Notes under the pieces: generated by a model
What the model saw: the letters and a program-made list of their open reading frames with translations, nothing else
What the model was told of the DNA's origin: nothing
Databases searched by the model: none
In this document: one piece after another, positions 29,749 to 39,012 of the stretch
Layout of the letters: each line of letters starts with the position of its first letter
Position numbering within the stretch: the stretch's first letter is position 1
Assembly: GCA_963808975.1 (NCBI GenBank)
Contig: CAWEHR010000001.1
Coordinates: 229,908-293,907, forward strand
Source of the DNA: an uncultured Gammaproteobacteria bacterium
Lineage (GTDB): Bacteria; Pseudomonadota; Gammaproteobacteria; Pseudomonadales; JAHEGP01
Direction: 5' to 3'
DNA length: 64,000 nucleotides
Translations under genes and position numbers: made by a program

Positions 29749-30798
29749 TCAATCAGCATTACCGGGATGTTTATCTTTTTGCGACCTGCCTCCGCTTTGC
29801 CGAAAGTTACCGGGGCTGGCACCCGTCCAGCTTTTGAAGGCACGGCTGAAGGCGCTTTGATCGGAAAAGCCCAGCAGTAGAGGTAACTCAGAGAGCCGGA
29901 GTGATGTACGCAATAAATAACGCTGCGCCAGTTCCTCCCTTACGCTATCCAGCAACGCCTGGTAGGAAAGGTTGTAGTGCTGGAGTTTACGTTGTACCGA
30001 CCGCGGTGAGCAGTGTAATTCCCTTGCGACCTGGGGCAGCGTGGTGCTGCCTTCCGGTATACCCTTGAGCAAGACATGCTGCAGGCGCAGGAGGAAGGGG
30101 TCTTCTATTCGAATCACGTTGGAGAAGGCTTCCTGTTGCTGGCACCGCATGGAATGAAAATCCCCGGGTGGCAGCCCGGGTGCGGCCTTGTAAACGGTAG
30201 CGGCGTTGAAACTTACACCCGGACTGGTGGACTCGAAGCTGACGGGGCAGGCAAAAAAGTCTTCGTAAATAGCGATATCATCCGGCGCGGTGCCGGTAAG
30301 GGACACCGCCACCAACTCGCAACCGTCGGGGAAGCGCTTGCGCAGGAAGGTCACCAGGGTACTCAGTGCAACCTGCACGAAAAGGGCGTTGTCATCCCCC
30401 AACGGGTCGGGCCAGGACAGCGTCCATGCTGTATCGGTACACAGGAGCCGCGCAAAGCTCACACCGTAGAAGTGGCGCTCACAGAGTAGATACGTTTCCA
30501 GGGCGTCGGCCAGCGACTCGCTGTTGAGCACCAGGTAGCCAAGCACACCAGTGTATGCCACCTGGACCTCGGCACCAATCTGGATACCGACGGGCTGCCC
30601 CGGTGCCAGAGCTGCGGCTTCGCCGAGCAGGGTGCGCCACTCTTCCACGCTGATCGCGTCCCTCCTGGCCAGTAAGCCCAGCCGGGTGCCCAGCTCAGGG
30701 CACTCGATTCCGTGGCGGATAATCCAGGCTTGAAGTGTTTGCGTGAAGCTTCCTGCAACTCGAATCATGACATCCAGCCTCAAGGCATCCCTGATCAA
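29749..30798 (-). CDS. AraC-family transcriptional regulator
   Basis: C-terminal double HTH (LPQVARELHCSPRSVQRKL ... GFSDQSAFSRAFKSWTGASP) with an N-terminal ligand-binding-type domain. Confidence 0.8.
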   Translation of the reverse strand: MIRDALRLDVMIRVAGSFTQTLQAWIIRHGIECPELGTRLGLLARRDAISVEEWRTLLGEAAALAPGQPVGIQIGAEVQVAYTGVLGYLVLNSESLADALETYLLCERHFYGVSFARLLCTDTAWTLSWPDPLGDDNALFVQVALSTLVTFLRKRFPDGCELVAVSLTGTAPDDIAIYEDFFACPVSFESTSPGVSFNAATVYKAAPGLPPGDFHSMRCQQQEAFSNVIRIEDPFLLRLQHVLLKGIPEGSTTLPQVARELHCSPRSVQRKLQHYNLSYQALLDSVREELAQRYLLRTSLRLSELPLLLGFSDQSAFSRAFKSWTGASPGNFRQSGGRSQKDKHPGNAD

Positions 30799-30850
30799 TC
30801 AAGTGCTATGCCTGCGGCGGGCAGGGCGCGTGACGCAATAAGTATAAATC

Positions 30851-31837
30851 ATGGCGCAGTATGTCAATCTTTGTTTCGTCCATGGCCCTATTCTGGTTAC
30901 ATGGTTTCTACCGGGAGTGGTGATCATGCTGTCCCTGTTTGACGCTACCAGCCAACTCAGCGCCATTGACCCCAAACAATGGCTGCTATTTGTCCTGTTT
31001 CCGGTTTTTCTGTTGGTAGCGGCCCTGGAGGCACTGCATTTTAGGGGCAAAGCGATTTATGCACTCAGGGACAGCGCCGCCAGCATGGCGCTCGGGGCAA
31101 GTTACCTGATTCTTGAACTGATACTGTATGCACTTTTTGTCTGGGCAATCTTCGACTGGGTCTACCAGTTTCGGCAGATGACCATCGAAATGAATCCACT
31201 GCGCTTCCTCGCCCTCTACCTGGCCGTGGATTTCCTCTTCTATGTCTACCATCGCACTGCCCACCGCGTGCGCTGGTTCTGGGCCAGCCACTGCGTCCAT
31301 CACGCCTCGGAACACATGAATTTCACCACCGCGATGCGTCAGAGCGCATTGTATCCCCTCGCCTTTGTCTGGGCCTTTTTCCTGCCACTGAGCCTGTGCG
31401 GCTTCGACAAGGAGTGGATTTTCTCTGCCCTGGCGCTGAACCTGGCCTACCAGTATTTCCTCCATACACAGTGGATCGACAAGCTGCACCCGGCGATTGA
31501 ATGGCTGTTCAACACGCCCTCGCACCACCGGGTCCATCATGGGAGGAACAAGCGCTACATCGACCGCAACTACGGTGGCACACTGATTGTTTTCGATCGC
31601 ATCCTGGGAACGTTCACGGAAGAAGATCCCCACGAGCGGCCGGACTATGGCATCACCCGGCAGGTTTACAGTTACAACCCGGTGTGGCTGACCTTACACG
31701 AGTGGGTAGACATGTTCCGGGACATGGCACGGCCAGGCCCCCTGCGCGCGCGATTGAAGCATCTTTGGATGCCGCCAGACTGGCAGCGTAATCCGTCATT
31801 GTTGGAGAGAAAAAGGACAGAACATGAGACACCATGA
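30851..31837 (+). CDS. fatty-acid hydroxylase / sterol desaturase superfamily membrane di-iron enzyme (alkylglycerol-monooxygenase-like)
   Basis: Histidine boxes HRTAHRV, HCVHHAS and HHRVHHG in a polytopic protein. An alternative start lies at 30926 (MLSLFD). Confidence 0.75.
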   Translation: MAQYVNLCFVHGPILVTWFLPGVVIMLSLFDATSQLSAIDPKQWLLFVLFPVFLLVAALEALHFRGKAIYALRDSAASMALGASYLILELILYALFVWAIFDWVYQFRQMTIEMNPLRFLALYLAVDFLFYVYHRTAHRVRWFWASHCVHHASEHMNFTTAMRQSALYPLAFVWAFFLPLSLCGFDKEWIFSALALNLAYQYFLHTQWIDKLHPAIEWLFNTPSHHRVHHGRNKRYIDRNYGGTLIVFDRILGTFTEEDPHERPDYGITRQVYSYNPVWLTLHEWVDMFRDMARPGPLRARLKHLWMPPDWQRNPSLLERKRTEHETP

Positions 31838-33509
31838 GACCAAGTCCATGCGCAGACCTCTGCGGTTCTGGGGCTGGGGATACCAGGACGAGAACCTGAC
31901 CGGGGAGGAAAACACCCTGGTGGAGTCGACCGTCAGCGCATTCGTTCCCGCGGGAGCGGTGGAGCTGGCGCCACCAACCGTCGATGAATTCGATCTTCCA
32001 GCATCCAGGGTCAAGATACCCGCTGCGCTGGCACCTATCCTTTCCGATTTGCCCTACGACCGCCTGGTACACACCTACGGCAAGTCGTATGCCGACATTG
32101 CCCGCATGTTCCTGCGCGACGTTCAAAATGCCCCCGACTGCGTCGCTTTCCCCCGCTCCGAGCAGGATATTGTCGATCTGTTCGATTACTGCCAGGCACA
32201 GGGCCTTGCCCTCATCCCCTTCGGCGGGGGAACCGGTGTTTGCGGCGGTACCGAGGCCGATGTAGGCGAAGCTTACCGGGGCGCCATCAGCCTCGACATG
32301 GAGAACTTCAATCGTATTCTGGAAGTTGACGAAACCAGCCGTCGGGCAAGGATTCAGGCGGGAATTCTGGGGCCGGAAATGGAAGCAGGTCTCAAGCCCC
32401 ACGGCCTGACGCTGCGCCACTATCCCCAGAGTTTTCCCTTCGTGACCCTGGGTGGAATGATCGCTACCCGGGCGGGGGGACATTTCGCCTCGCTTTACAC
32501 CCATATTGACGACCTGGTGGAATCGACACGCCTGTTGACACCTGCCGGCGTCATCGAGACCCGCGCCCTGCCCGGGTCCGGTGCGGGTCCCTCTGCCGAC
32601 AGGATGGTGATTGGTTCAGAAGGCAGCCTCGGCGTTATCACCGAGGCCACCATGCGCCTGCAAAAACGGCCGCAATGGCGCGCCACGGCCGCGGTCAGGT
32701 TTGCGGACATGCTGCAGGGAGCCGAGGCGGTCAGACACATCTCCCAGGCTGGCCTGTATCCCAGCAACTGCCGCTTGCTCGACGAAGCCGAGGTCGCCAT
32801 CAACCAGGTGGCGCCGGGGCGCTGTGCGGTGCTTATTCTGGGGTTTGAGTCAGCCGACCATCCCGTCAACCCTTGGATCGATCGCGCAGTGGACATTGCG
32901 CGGGAAAACGGCGGGCAGCTGGCCGCCGGCGGTGTGGTATACAACGCGTCGCACCAGGATGCCGGGGAGAATGAGGCCCAGTCCTGGCGCAATGCCTTTA
33001 TTCGCATGGCTTACTGGCGCAATCGCTTTGCGGCCTTTGGCGTCATAGCGGACGCGGTGGAGACGGCAATTACCTGGGACAGGTTCCCGGCATTTTACCG
33101 CGCGATCACCGGGGAAATGAACCGGGCGATCGCCGAAATCACCGGCCACGGCTGTTCATTCTCCTGTCGCTTCACCCATATTTACCCGGACGGGCCGGCA
33201 CCCTATTTTACGTTTTACGCCGTCGGGGATACCCGGGGCAACCTGCACAACGCGCTGGAAAAATGGAAGCGCATCAAGGCTCTCGCCATGCAGCTCATCG
33301 TCGACCATGGCGGTACCATCACCCACCATCACGCCGTTGGCCGGGACCATCGCCGCGGCTACGAGCGGCAAACATCGCCACTTTTTCGCAGCACCCTGGC
33401 CGCCGCCAAGGCCTGTGTCGACCCCGCCGGCTTGCTCAATCCTGGAGTACTATATGACCCCATCGGCAAAGAGGTGGGGATTACCGGCGTGTTTCGCGAG
33501 GACCGGTAG
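31824..33509 (+). CDS. FAD-linked oxidase, alkyl-dihydroxyacetone-phosphate synthase (AGPS)-like
   Basis: N-terminal RFWGWGY motif, FAD-binding PCMH block IPFGGGTGVCGG, and C-terminal THHHAVGRDH, as in the AGPS / D-lactate dehydrogenase family. The 14-nt overlap with the upstream gene suggests an operon. Confidence 0.75.
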   Translation: MRHHETKSMRRPLRFWGWGYQDENLTGEENTLVESTVSAFVPAGAVELAPPTVDEFDLPASRVKIPAALAPILSDLPYDRLVHTYGKSYADIARMFLRDVQNAPDCVAFPRSEQDIVDLFDYCQAQGLALIPFGGGTGVCGGTEADVGEAYRGAISLDMENFNRILEVDETSRRARIQAGILGPEMEAGLKPHGLTLRHYPQSFPFVTLGGMIATRAGGHFASLYTHIDDLVESTRLLTPAGVIETRALPGSGAGPSADRMVIGSEGSLGVITEATMRLQKRPQWRATAAVRFADMLQGAEAVRHISQAGLYPSNCRLLDEAEVAINQVAPGRCAVLILGFESADHPVNPWIDRAVDIARENGGQLAAGGVVYNASHQDAGENEAQSWRNAFIRMAYWRNRFAAFGVIADAVETAITWDRFPAFYRAITGEMNRAIAEITGHGCSFSCRFTHIYPDGPAPYFTFYAVGDTRGNLHNALEKWKRIKALAMQLIVDHGGTITHHHAVGRDHRRGYERQTSPLFRSTLAAAKACVDPAGLLNPGVLYDPIGKEVGITGVFREDR

Positions 33510-34113
33510 GGGCTTCGACGCCGCCACCGGTCTGTCTTCGCGGCGGGGATCCGCTGGTTCCGCCGCACCGGCGCTCCCCCGGCGGGCACCGGGCCACGCA
33601 GGGAGCCCACAGTGCCGATGCCATTACCAGTTTTGCAGGTACAGGTGCCGGTCATCGTCGGAACAGGCCGCCAGCACCAGTAGCGGCAGCACCGACAGCA
33701 GGCGCACAAACGGTTTATCAGAGGGACCCTTCGCGGGGGAGCAGACAAGCCTGGCCATAACTGTAGTCCTTATAATTTTATGGTTCTGATGAGTCGATGC
33801 GGCCTGGCAGGTTGCTGGTCGGACACTACCCCGTTTACGCCGCTGCCTCACAATCGAGTCGAGGATAATCTGCCAATTGCAGAAAGTCCATGGCTGACGA
33901 CGGGCTGACGACGGGCCGGCAGCTACCTTCATGCGATGCCCCCCCTCGCGCAAGCTGAAAAGGTTGCCCGGGCCATTGCAGGGCAGGCTTTGCAGGGGGA
34001 TGGTGCAGGCGATCCAATTACTGGCAGCAAACGCCAACCGTTTTGGGGTCGCTTCTGCTATGATTCGCGGCAGCAGATCGACTCGCACACAAACCAAGGG
34101 TTACCAGGCCAAC

Positions 34114-34851
34114 ATGACGTATTGCGTCGCGATCAAGGTTAAAAAAGGTATCGTTTTCTGTTCTGACTCGCGCACCAACGCCGGGGTGGACCAGATCAGT
34201 ACCTATAGCAAGATGCACCGGTTCGGCAGTGTCGGCGAGCGCCAGCTGGTGGTATTGACGGCGGGCAATCTGGCCACCACCCAGGCGGTGATCACCCAGT
34301 TGCGCAACGACATCAAGACCGGGGCCCCGGTCAACCTGATGACCGTGGCCAGCATTGACGAGGCGGCACAATACATCGGTCAGGTCAGCCTGCAGAAGCA
34401 GGCCAGGTTCGAGCAGTCGCCAATGCACGAGGCCAGTTTCATCATCGGCGGCCAGATTGCCGGCGGCCCCCTCTACTTGATGATGGTCTACGCCCAGGGC
34501 AATCACATAGCGACATCCAAGGACACCCCCTATTTGCAGATTGGTGAGAGCAAGTACGGCAAGCCTATTCTAGACCGCATCATCGAGCCCGGGCTGGAGT
34601 TGGACACCGCCGCCCTGTGCGCACTGGTGTCGATGGACTCGACCATTCGCAGTAACCTCACCGTGGGGCCACCAGTGGAGCTGGCGATCTACCAGGCCGA
34701 CAGCCTGAGTCTCGACCGCCATTACCGGCTGGAGCAGGACAGCGATTACCTGCGGCAATTGAAGACCAGTTGGGACCAGCGCCTCAAGGAGGCCTTCAGT
34801 TCGCTGCCTCCCATGCAATGGGCCACCCTGTCGGAGGGTGACGGCGAGTAA
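34114..34851 (+). CDS. proteasome-type protease (Anbu; Ntn-hydrolase beta-subunit homologue)
   Basis: Start MTYCVAIKVKKGIVFCSDSRTNAG, with Thr directly after Met as expected for an N-terminal nucleophile. About 245 aa, typical of the Anbu / COG3484 family. Confidence 0.7.
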   Translation: MTYCVAIKVKKGIVFCSDSRTNAGVDQISTYSKMHRFGSVGERQLVVLTAGNLATTQAVITQLRNDIKTGAPVNLMTVASIDEAAQYIGQVSLQKQARFEQSPMHEASFIIGGQIAGGPLYLMMVYAQGNHIATSKDTPYLQIGESKYGKPILDRIIEPGLELDTAALCALVSMDSTIRSNLTVGPPVELAIYQADSLSLDRHYRLEQDSDYLRQLKTSWDQRLKEAFSSLPPMQWATLSEGDGE

Positions 34852-34938
34852 CCAGCGCTGGAGGGCCGCGCAAGGCCGTATCCGGCAGGCACTCGTATAA
34901 AGACCTACCAGCCACACCACTGCAGGGAGGGACAGCGT

Positions 34939-35703
34939 ATGACCAGCCGGGCCGCCGAAGCGACACTTTCGACTGTCAATGCCGCGGAGATCGAACGATT
35001 CTCGAGACTCGCGGCGCAGTGGTGGGACCCGGAAGGCCCGATGTGGCCGCTGCACAAGCTCAATGCCCTGCGGGCACCGTTTATCGCCGAGACGATTGAA
35101 CGCCAGTGCGGCGGCGCAAACACCCGCGTCCGCGCCTCGTCCGGGCCGCTGAGCGGCCTGCGCATACTCGATATCGGCTGCGGCGCGGGCCTGCTGTCAG
35201 AGTCCATGGCGGCGCTGGGCGCCGCGGTTACCGGGGTCGATCCCGCCGCCAACAATATTGCCATTGCCCGCGCCCATGCCAGCACTGTGGGCCTGGATAT
35301 TGACTACCGCCAGGGAGCGGTGGAAGACCTGCCCGATGGCGAGTTCGATGTGGTGTTGAACATGGAGGTGGTCGAGCACGTCGAATCGCTGTCGACCTTC
35401 ATGGCACATTGTTGCCGGCTCACCCGCCCCGGCGGCTTGCAGTTCGTCGCCACCATCAATCGCAACCTGGTATCCCTGGTGGTGGCCATCATCGGCGCCG
35501 AGTACGTGCTGCGCTGGCTGCCCCGCGGTACCCACCAGTGGCGCAAGTTTGTTACCCCTGCCGAAATGACGGCGCTGCTCGCGAGCGGTGGACTGGATAT
35601 CGTCGAGGGACGTGGCGTTGCGGTCAACCCGTTCACCCGGCACTATAAGCTCACCCGAAGTGACCGCGTGAATTACATGTTGGCGGCCAGGCGCAGGGGA
35701 TGA
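34939..35703 (+). CDS. ubiG: bifunctional 3-demethylubiquinol 3-O-methyltransferase / 2-polyprenyl-6-hydroxyphenol methylase
   Basis: Colinear with E. coli UbiG as I remember it: FSRLAAQWWDPEGPMWPLHKLN, ILDIGCGAGLLSE, MEVVEHV, IIGAEYVLRWLPRGTHQWRKFVTPAE, VNYML. Confidence 0.85.
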   Translation: MTSRAAEATLSTVNAAEIERFSRLAAQWWDPEGPMWPLHKLNALRAPFIAETIERQCGGANTRVRASSGPLSGLRILDIGCGAGLLSESMAALGAAVTGVDPAANNIAIARAHASTVGLDIDYRQGAVEDLPDGEFDVVLNMEVVEHVESLSTFMAHCCRLTRPGGLQFVATINRNLVSLVVAIIGAEYVLRWLPRGTHQWRKFVTPAEMTALLASGGLDIVEGRGVAVNPFTRHYKLTRSDRVNYMLAARRRG

Positions 35704-35787
35704 TCGCGGCGCAGATCTGCATTGGCGGGCAATCCCTGCAAGGTTGCAGCCGAGCTCCGTGTCCAACCCCGGAAATTGGGTAGCGCG

Positions 35788-37089
35788 ATGCGCGATATCT
35801 ACTGGTTTCAAAATGACCTGCGCTTGCAGGATAACCCCGGTTTGCTGGCGCATGCAGATTCCAGCGCCCTGCTCTGTGTCTACTGCCTGAGCGAATCGCC
35901 TCCCTGGTGCCAACTCAGCGGCATGGGTGCGCACCGCCGGCGCTTCCTGCTGGAGAGCCTGCATGCGCTGCGCGCCGAACTGCGCGAGCGCGGGCAGGAT
36001 CTATTGCTGGTGCATGGCGATCCGGTCAACACCCTGCGGGAACTGGCGACGGTCTTCGACATCGACCGCATTGGCACCACCCTCACGCCCGGCTACTACG
36101 AAGGGCTGCGCTTCGAAACGGTGGTCCGGCGCCTGACTGTCGAAGTCATCGGCCACCCGGGCAACTCGCTGTTTACACCCGCGCAGATCGGTCCACTGCA
36201 GCAGCTTCCGCAACAGTACACCCCGTTTCGCAAAAACGTTGCGGCTTTGGCAATCGCCGCCCCGTTGGCGGCACCCGGGCGACTACCCCCAAAGCCTGCG
36301 GGTATAAGCTATCCGCCCCTGCCCGATGCCGACACCCGACCACACCCGAGTTTCGCATTTCGTGGTGGTGCCAGAGCTGGCGAGCATCGACTTCAGCAGT
36401 GGCTATTCCAGCGCCAGGCGGTGCTCACCTACAAGGACACCCGCAACGAGCTCACCGGTCTCGATAGCAGCAGTCACCTGTCACCCTGGCTGGCAAACGG
36501 CTGCCTTTCCGCACGCCAGTTGGCTCACCAATTGCGGCGATTCGAAGCCGGGTACCAGGCAAACGAATCCACCGAGTGGCTGTTGCGGGAGTTGTTGTGG
36601 CGCGAGTTTTTCCACTGGCGAGCCTACGCCGATGGCTACCACCTGTTTCGTGCCAGCGGCATCCGCGGGGTGAAAAAGCTGCGCACCTTTTCTGCCAGGG
36701 ACTTTGCCCGCTGGTGCCAGGGCGATACCAACTATCCCCTGGTGAATGCCCTGATGCACCAGTTGGTCGAGAGCGGCTGGATGAGCAATCGCGGCCGTCA
36801 GATTGTCGCCAGTTGCCTGGTCAATGAGCTCAACCACGACTGGCGATACGGGGCGGCGTTCTTCGAAAAGCATCTCATCGACTTCGACGTCGGCAGCAAT
36901 TACGGCAACTGGCAATACATTGCCGGGGTTGGCACCGACCCCCGGGGCGGGCGTCACTTCAATATGCAGAAGCAGGCCGATACCTTCGACCCCGACGGCA
37001 GCTTCACCGCCACCTGGCTTGGTCATCAGCCCGCGCAACCCCAATACGTTATCGACGCGGCAGACTGGCCGATCATACCCGACCCTTGA
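35788..37089 (+). CDS. DASH-family cryptochrome / photolyase
   Basis: Start MRDIYWFQNDLRLQDNPGL. TSHLSPWLANGCLSARQ, LLWREFF, GWMSNRGRQIVASCL and DWRYGAAFFEKHLIDFDVGSNYGNWQY are canonical photolyase FAD-domain motifs. Confidence 0.8.
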   Translation: MRDIYWFQNDLRLQDNPGLLAHADSSALLCVYCLSESPPWCQLSGMGAHRRRFLLESLHALRAELRERGQDLLLVHGDPVNTLRELATVFDIDRIGTTLTPGYYEGLRFETVVRRLTVEVIGHPGNSLFTPAQIGPLQQLPQQYTPFRKNVAALAIAAPLAAPGRLPPKPAGISYPPLPDADTRPHPSFAFRGGARAGEHRLQQWLFQRQAVLTYKDTRNELTGLDSSSHLSPWLANGCLSARQLAHQLRRFEAGYQANESTEWLLRELLWREFFHWRAYADGYHLFRASGIRGVKKLRTFSARDFARWCQGDTNYPLVNALMHQLVESGWMSNRGRQIVASCLVNELNHDWRYGAAFFEKHLIDFDVGSNYGNWQYIAGVGTDPRGGRHFNMQKQADTFDPDGSFTATWLGHQPAQPQYVIDAADWPIIPDP

Positions 37090-37268
37090 ATGCAAAATAA
37101 AGCGCGTTTTAAATATTAAAAAACAGTGTATTAGGCGTTACTATTGATGTAACTTCTACATTGGGGCGGGCACAACCCAGTCAACCGCCCCTTGGCGACC
37201 GATTTAATGTGAGGCGCTTAAACTTGAGCCGCCGGTTCGACTCATGTTGTCCGCTAAAAGTCTTGGCC

Positions 37269-37292
37269 ACAAAAAAGCGGCCGAAGCCGCTT
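37269..37292 (-). terminator. rho-independent terminator of the 37317..37628 gene
   Basis: On the minus strand: AAGCGGC-TTCG-GCCGCTT followed by TTTTGTGG. Begins about 25 nt past the stop. Confidence 0.65.
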
Positions 37293-37316
37293 CATATTGC
37301 ACGGTATGCAGTTCCC

Positions 37317-37628
37317 TCAGGCAAAGAAGCTCTTGACCTTGTCAGAAAGAGCTGCCCAACCGCCTTCCAGGGTATCTGATACCTTCTTGAAGTTTTCCTT
37401 GGTATCAGCCCACAGTTCGTCGAACTTCTCGTCAGAGGCGCCCTTGAGCTCCATGAATTTATCCTTGCCAGCAGAGAGTTTACTCTCTGCATCTGCCAGG
37501 GCGTTTTTCATCTCTGCGGAAGCATCGGACCCCGCCGCCTCCACTTTTTCTTTCAGTTCACTGACCTTCTTTTCGCCAGCAGCCAGCATATTTTCCATGC
37601 TTTGCTGAATTTCTTCTCGACTTGCCAT
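37317..37628 (-). CDS. small all-helical Lys/Glu/Ala-rich protein (stress/phasin-like, family uncertain)
   Basis: Start MASREEIQQSMENMLAAGEKK within ORF 37317..37700. Good terminator downstream. Low-complexity amphipathic composition. Confidence 0.5.
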   Translation of the reverse strand: MASREEIQQSMENMLAAGEKKVSELKEKVEAAGSDASAEMKNALADAESKLSAGKDKFMELKGASDEKFDELWADTKENFKKVSDTLEGGWAALSDKVKSFFA

Positions 37629-37851
37629 GAATCCGCTCCCTTTATTGTGTTGCTTTGCTTTCACATGAAATCCGGGCCGAGTATAAACCCCATCAGGCAC
37701 AGATCACAATAGTCAGACGGAAGCTCAATCCACGAACGTCGGTGCTGCCGCCCACCGGCGAAACTGCGGCTCACAAACTGTGTTATATTCCGCGCCTTGC
37801 CCGGGCAGTCCCGTGGCAATACCCGGCACCGCTCAGAAGGAGGCGCCTATT

Positions 37852-38979
37852 ATGCCCAGACTGCTGAACGCTCCCTGCCCAGCGCTGACTGGCTTGGCGA
37901 TGTTAATGCTACTTGCCGCCAGTACACCGGGGCAGTCTCAAACCAGTGACGGCGACCAGCCAACAGCCGAAAACCCTGGCGGTGATCCCCCGGCGCGCTC
38001 CCCCTGGCTGGGCACTCCGCTGGTAAGCAGCAACCCCAAGTTCGGCACGTCGATCGGCGGGCTGGGGGGCTACCTCCATAAGTTCGACAGCCGATCCCCG
38101 GTTTCCCTGTTTGGCCTGACCGCCTCCTACAGCAATACTGATTCCTACAAGGCCGTGTTATTTGCCAATACCTTTTTCGACGCCGACCGACAGCGCGTTC
38201 AAGCCGCTGCGATCTACGGCAACATCGAAAACGATTACGAGGATTTTCTCGGCAGCGGCCAGCAGGCGCAAACCACCGACAGCATCGATTTATATTTCTT
38301 GCGCTATCTCTATCGTGTCGGCGGCAACTGGTTTGTAGGCGCCCAGGGCGTTATCACCAACTTCAGCTCTTCCTCGGCCACCGACCTCGGCCAGGGCATA
38401 CTCGACATACTCGGGCTGGGAGGGTTTCAGTCCAATGGCCTGGGGGTAGCCTTATACTATGACTCCCGCGATAACACCCGCTCGGCCAGCCGTGGCTCGC
38501 AGTTTCTGGCTCACAATATTGGCTACCGCGAGGGCCTGGGGGGCGATGCCAGCTTCGATGTCTACAACGCGGAATACGATACCTACCTGCCGTTGCTCGG
38601 TTCGCAGGTCACCGCGATCCAGTTCAAGGGTCGATGGACAACCGACGCGCCCAACAGCTCGTTCTCCTCGGTGGAGTTGCCCGGCTATACCCGTGGCGAA
38701 TACCTGGCGCAAAACATGACTTTCGTGCTGGTCGACCAACGTATCATGTTCAACCAGCGCTGGGGCATGTCAGTGTCTGCCGGGGTGGGTTGCCTCTACG
38801 GCGACAGCGTGGTCGACGAGGACCTCGACTGTTTTGATCGGGACAACGCCTATCCGGCTATTTCGACGGGTGTTATTTACAGCCTCAAACCCGCTGAGAA
38901 AATCGTGATACGCGCCCAGGTGTCCGCCGGCAAATCGAACAACAGCGCTTTTGTGCTGTCCTTCGGGCAACCCTTCTAA
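37852..38979 (+). CDS. outer-membrane beta-barrel protein (Omp85 / surface-antigen-like, family uncertain)
   Basis: ATG preceded by AGGAGG. Signal peptide LTGLAMLMLLAASTPGQSQ, alternating beta-strand pattern, and a C-terminal ...VLSFGQPF with terminal Phe. Confidence 0.6.
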   Translation: MPRLLNAPCPALTGLAMLMLLAASTPGQSQTSDGDQPTAENPGGDPPARSPWLGTPLVSSNPKFGTSIGGLGGYLHKFDSRSPVSLFGLTASYSNTDSYKAVLFANTFFDADRQRVQAAAIYGNIENDYEDFLGSGQQAQTTDSIDLYFLRYLYRVGGNWFVGAQGVITNFSSSSATDLGQGILDILGLGGFQSNGLGVALYYDSRDNTRSASRGSQFLAHNIGYREGLGGDASFDVYNAEYDTYLPLLGSQVTAIQFKGRWTTDAPNSSFSSVELPGYTRGEYLAQNMTFVLVDQRIMFNQRWGMSVSAGVGCLYGDSVVDEDLDCFDRDNAYPAISTGVIYSLKPAEKIVIRAQVSAGKSNNSAFVLSFGQPF

Positions 38980-39012
38980 CCGCCGAATCGGTGAGCTATG
39001 GCGGCTAATCCC

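Noticed and set aside
37190-37260. A possible tRNA, because of a GGTTCGACTC T-loop-like sequence and a nearby GC hairpin.
   Set aside because: The flanking bases do not form a 5-bp T-stem, and no acceptor stem or anticodon arm could be drawn.
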